A program made the position numbers and the translations under genes. A stretch of 64,000 bases of DNA from Candidatus Kapaibacterium sp. (GTDB taxonomy: Bacteria > Bacteroidota > Ignavibacteria > Kapaibacteriales > UBA2268). Shown in pieces: positions 60,749-64,000 of this stretch. The stretch's first letter is position 1; each line of letters begins with the position of its first letter. Location: contig OY762428.1 of the NCBI GenBank assembly GCA_963665665.1, positions 3,872,001 through 3,936,000 of the forward strand, read 5' to 3'. The notes below the pieces were generated by a model that was not told the DNA's origin, ran no database searches, and worked only from the letters and a program-made list of their open reading frames with translations.

Positions 60749-61783
60749 ATGAAAATAGCAGTAGTATTTGGCGGTATTTCACCGGAAAGAAATGTATCAA
60801 TTTCCGGCGGCCTGGCCGTTATTAAAGCATTAAAAAGCCTCGGGCATGAAGTTGTAGCAATTGATCCGGCCTATGGGAAATACTGCCTGAGAAATATTGA
60901 AGATATTGAACCGAGAACCGGCTACCCATCCAAAGAGGAACTTGCAGAATTCCCGCCCCGCAACCTGATCGACGCTGTTAATTCAGATGCATTTGACGGC
61001 GTTGAGCTTGCATTCCTGGTACTTCACGGCCAATACGGCGAAGACGGAAAAATTCAGGCATTGCTTGACCTGAGGGGTATCCCTTATACGGGATCCAATG
61101 TTAAAGCAAGTTCGCTTGCTATTGACAAAATTTCTTCGAAAATGATATTCATGGCAGCCGGTATACCTACCCCGGAATGGATTGTAATTACAAAAGATCA
61201 TATTGATAATTACGATGCCTATGAAGAAATTCGCGAGCAGCTTGGCAACCATATCGTTATAAAGCCAAACGACCAGGGGTCGACAATAGGTATTTCGATT
61301 GTAAAAGGCGGAAACCTGGATGATATAGGCGATGCTATCAAGGAAGCTTTTAAATACTCCGATAAAGTGCTGGTAGAAAAATTTATTGAGGGCCGGGAAC
61401 TTACCGTTGGTGTTATAGGCGACGAAGCACTTCCGGTAATTGAGATTGCACCTCAGGACGGATTCTACGATTACGAGCATAAATATCAGAAGGGTATGAC
61501 GGAGTATATCTGCCCGGCTGATATTTCTCATGATATTGCAGATTTTACTATGAACTCAGGTTATACTGCTTTCAGGGCTTTGGGATGTTCCGGTTTTGGA
61601 AGAACTGATTTCAGGCTGGATAATGACGGAATGATTTATTGCCTGGAAGTAAACACAATTCCGGGATTCACGGAAACAAGCCTTGTGCCGATGGCAGCAG
61701 CGGAAGTTGAAATAGAGTTCCCCGAGCTATGTGAAAGAATAATAAATATTGCATTAAATATTGAACAGGAAGAAGATGAATAA
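60749..61783 (+). CDS. ddl: D-alanine--D-alanine ligase
   Basis: GGISPERNVS, LHGQYGEDG, GSTIG, FYDYEHKY, EVNTIPG. Confidence 0.93.
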   Translation: MKIAVVFGGISPERNVSISGGLAVIKALKSLGHEVVAIDPAYGKYCLRNIEDIEPRTGYPSKEELAEFPPRNLIDAVNSDAFDGVELAFLVLHGQYGEDGKIQALLDLRGIPYTGSNVKASSLAIDKISSKMIFMAAGIPTPEWIVITKDHIDNYDAYEEIREQLGNHIVIKPNDQGSTIGISIVKGGNLDDIGDAIKEAFKYSDKVLVEKFIEGRELTVGVIGDEALPVIEIAPQDGFYDYEHKYQKGMTEYICPADISHDIADFTMNSGYTAFRALGCSGFGRTDFRLDNDGMIYCLEVNTIPGFTETSLVPMAAAEVEIEFPELCERIINIALNIEQEEDE

Positions 61784-62759
61784 AAATATTGAGCTGACAG
61801 CTTTTGGAAATGCTTTAGTTGACTTACAGTTTAAAGTGGATGACGCGTTGTTCGATACCCTGAATACAAAAAGAGGGATAATGGAACTTACTGATGCCGG
61901 AGTTCAAAAGGATTTACTTGCAAAACTTTCGGAATGTAACTTCAATCGTTGCAGCGGGGGTTCTGCGGCAAACAGCGTTATTGCGTTCAGCAAATTCGGT
62001 GGCACGGCAGCCTACAAATCCGTTATTGGTAATGACGAGATGGGCGCTTTTTACGAGAATGAATTCAAAGAACTGGGAATTGAACTTGTAGCCCCTAAAC
62101 TTGATACCGATCCGACAGGAACATGCGTGGTTGTAATAACCCCCGACGCGGAACGTACAATGTTCACATGCCTTGGAGCGAGCGGTAAATTCAAAAAAGA
62201 ATATCTAAACGAGGAAATTATTGCCCGCTCACAGTGGCTCTACCTGGAAGGATACGAACTCTTTTCTCCGAACGGCAGCGAAGCAACACTGGAAGCTGCC
62301 ATGATGGCCAAGGATAACAATACAAAAATAGCTTTCACATTTTCCGATCTCTCGGTTATAAATTTCTGTGGTGATAAACTTGATAAAATCGCAGGTATGT
62401 CCGACCTGATATTCTGCAATGAATCCGAGGCTATGGAATTCAGTAAGAAAGATAATTTCGATGCTGCCTATAAATATATTGCCAATGAATTTCCGAATGC
62501 AGCAGTTACCATGGGCGCAAAAGGCTCGGTAGTGAAATGGGACGGCAAAGATTATGAAATCCCTTCATTCCCCGTAAAACCCGTTGATACTACCGGTGCG
62601 GGTGATATGTTCGCGGGAGCTTTCTTCTATGGTATTATCAAATCAGGTGATGCTATTAAAGCCGGCAAACTTGCCTCGATGGCTTCATCGCGAGTTGTAG
62701 CTCAGCTGGGTGCCCGCCTTGCCGAGGACCATAAGGAACTTGCGAAGCAGGTATTATAA
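61776..62759 (+). CDS. PfkB family kinase (adenosine kinase-like)
   Basis: GNALVD, GGSAAN, ERTM.T.LG, YLEGY, VDTTGAGDMFAG. Confidence 0.88.
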   Translation: MNKNIELTAFGNALVDLQFKVDDALFDTLNTKRGIMELTDAGVQKDLLAKLSECNFNRCSGGSAANSVIAFSKFGGTAAYKSVIGNDEMGAFYENEFKELGIELVAPKLDTDPTGTCVVVITPDAERTMFTCLGASGKFKKEYLNEEIIARSQWLYLEGYELFSPNGSEATLEAAMMAKDNNTKIAFTFSDLSVINFCGDKLDKIAGMSDLIFCNESEAMEFSKKDNFDAAYKYIANEFPNAAVTMGAKGSVVKWDGKDYEIPSFPVKPVDTTGAGDMFAGAFFYGIIKSGDAIKAGKLASMASSRVVAQLGARLAEDHKELAKQVL

Positions 62760-62784
62760 TTTATATCAATTCATCCGGTGGCTA

Positions 62785-63999
62785 TTAGTCATCGGATGGA
62801 TCATATCTTTCATCTTGTCCCAGCATATCTTTCAATTCATCCGGATTTGTTACAGGTTTGTTGCAGGTATAGTTCCTGCAAAGATATGCCGCCGGTTGTC
62901 CGTTTATCGGCAGTTGAGATGCAGTGAACGGAGCTATAGAACTGATTTCGCTGTTAACTCCTTCAGGCCTGTGAATTATCACCATGTTTGGATTATATAA
63001 ATCCTTTGCTGTTTCCAGAAGTTTAATTGTTGCAGGATTATCAATATTGCCGGAAATCACAAGTTCTGATGAATTGTTGCCCAGCATTTCCAATCCGCTG
63101 AGGAAAAATGTGTAACCCGAGGGGAAACTGCTGACTTTATGGCCAAATGCCCTGGCCTGTTTTCCGGCATACTCTCTGAATATTTTATTGGCCGTTATCT
63201 TGGATAATTGGGACAGAACCAACATCATAACTGAATTGCCGGATGGAATTGCTCCGTCGTAAAGTTCTTTTTTTCGTGCTATCAGGTCTTCTGCTTCGGC
63301 AGTAGCAGAGAAAAAACCACCATTATCTTCATCGAAGAAATTTGCAATTACGTTTTCAACTAATCCGATAGCAATTTTTAAATACCTGACTTCAAATGTT
63401 GACATGTAAAGTTCAATCAGGCCCCAGGATAGAAAAGCATAATCACTGATCATGCCCCTTATTCCGGCATCTCCATCGCGGTATCTGTGGAGTAGTTCAA
63501 ATTTACCGGCAGTTTTCTGCATCATTCTATTTATAATAAATTCAGCAGCGGATATGGCTTCACGGGTGAATGTTTCATCTTTGAATATATTTCCTGCTTT
63601 TGCCAGTGCAGCGATAGCTAATCCGTTCCAATCTGTAAGAATTTTATCATCGAGTAGCGGCCTGACGCGTTCTTTCCGGATATTGAAAAGTTTTACCCGA
63701 AAATCTTCAAGTTCTTTTTTAAAATTGTTTCTGTCGGTAAGTTCCTTATCTGCAAATTCTTCCGGCAGGAAATCTGAATGAAGAATATTTTTCCCGGTCT
63801 GATGTCCGGTGGATTCATCCGAGAAATTCCCGTCATTTCTGATATTATAGAATTTCAGAATTTTTTCATACGAAAGTCCGGCCTTTTCAAGTTCTTTCTT
63901 ATCCCAAACGTAAAATTTACCTTCGACTCCTTCGCTGTCAGCATCTTCGGCTGAATAGAACGCGCCCTCCGGTGATTTCAGATCTCTTTTAAGGTATTC
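62785..63999 (-). CDS. YyaL/SSP411-family thioredoxin-domain protein, 5' end outside the window
   Basis: Frame stays open upstream of the tracked ORF: GAFYSAEDADSEGVEGKFYVW, RPLLDDKILTDWNGL, DYAFL, DGAIPSGNS. Confidence 0.9.
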   Translation of the reverse strand, partial: EYLKRDLKSPEGAFYSAEDADSEGVEGKFYVWDKKELEKAGLSYEKILKFYNIRNDGNFSDESTGHQTGKNILHSDFLPEEFADKELTDRNNFKKELEDFRVKLFNIRKERVRPLLDDKILTDWNGLAIAALAKAGNIFKDETFTREAISAAEFIINRMMQKTAGKFELLHRYRDGDAGIRGMISDYAFLSWGLIELYMSTFEVRYLKIAIGLVENVIANFFDEDNGGFFSATAEAEDLIARKKELYDGAIPSGNSVMMLVLSQLSKITANKIFREYAGKQARAFGHKVSSFPSGYTFFLSGLEMLGNNSSELVISGNIDNPATIKLLETAKDLYNPNMVIIHRPEGVNSEISSIAPFTASQLPINGQPAAYLCRNYTCNKPVTNPDELKDMLGQDERYDPSDD

Positions 64000-64000
64000 C

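Noticed and set aside
62785-63525. Truncated or pseudogene YyaL as suggested by the ORF track
   Set aside because: The frame continues without a stop to the window edge; it is an edge artefact

Overview
AT-rich bacterial chromosomal window with about 45 CDSs. Nine secreted proteins with T9SS type-A C-terminal sorting domains, LPS genes (kdsB, gmhB-like) and a flagellar regulatory cluster (flhF-flhG-membrane protein-fliA-HDOD) suggest an FCB-group organism of Ignavibacteria/Kapabacteria type; this is inference, not a database result. Most of the window is housekeeping (lat, uvrD/pcrA-like, ribD, rlmN, gatC-like, kdsB, asnB, pdxJ, holA, dinB, der, dusB, tyrS, UDG, ddl). I saw no rRNA, tRNA or CRISPR array. 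The unusual part is 17.2-21.6 kb. Two related degenerate 21-bp-period arrays (about 20 and 18 units) face each other in inverted orientation across a ~480-bp core of ~14% GC. They are fringed by several families of REP-like hairpins, one of which sits inside the array without breaking the 21-bp phase. A tandem duplication of an Rpn-family (PD-(D/E)XK) nuclease cassette follows, and its left boundary coincides with a REP palindrome.
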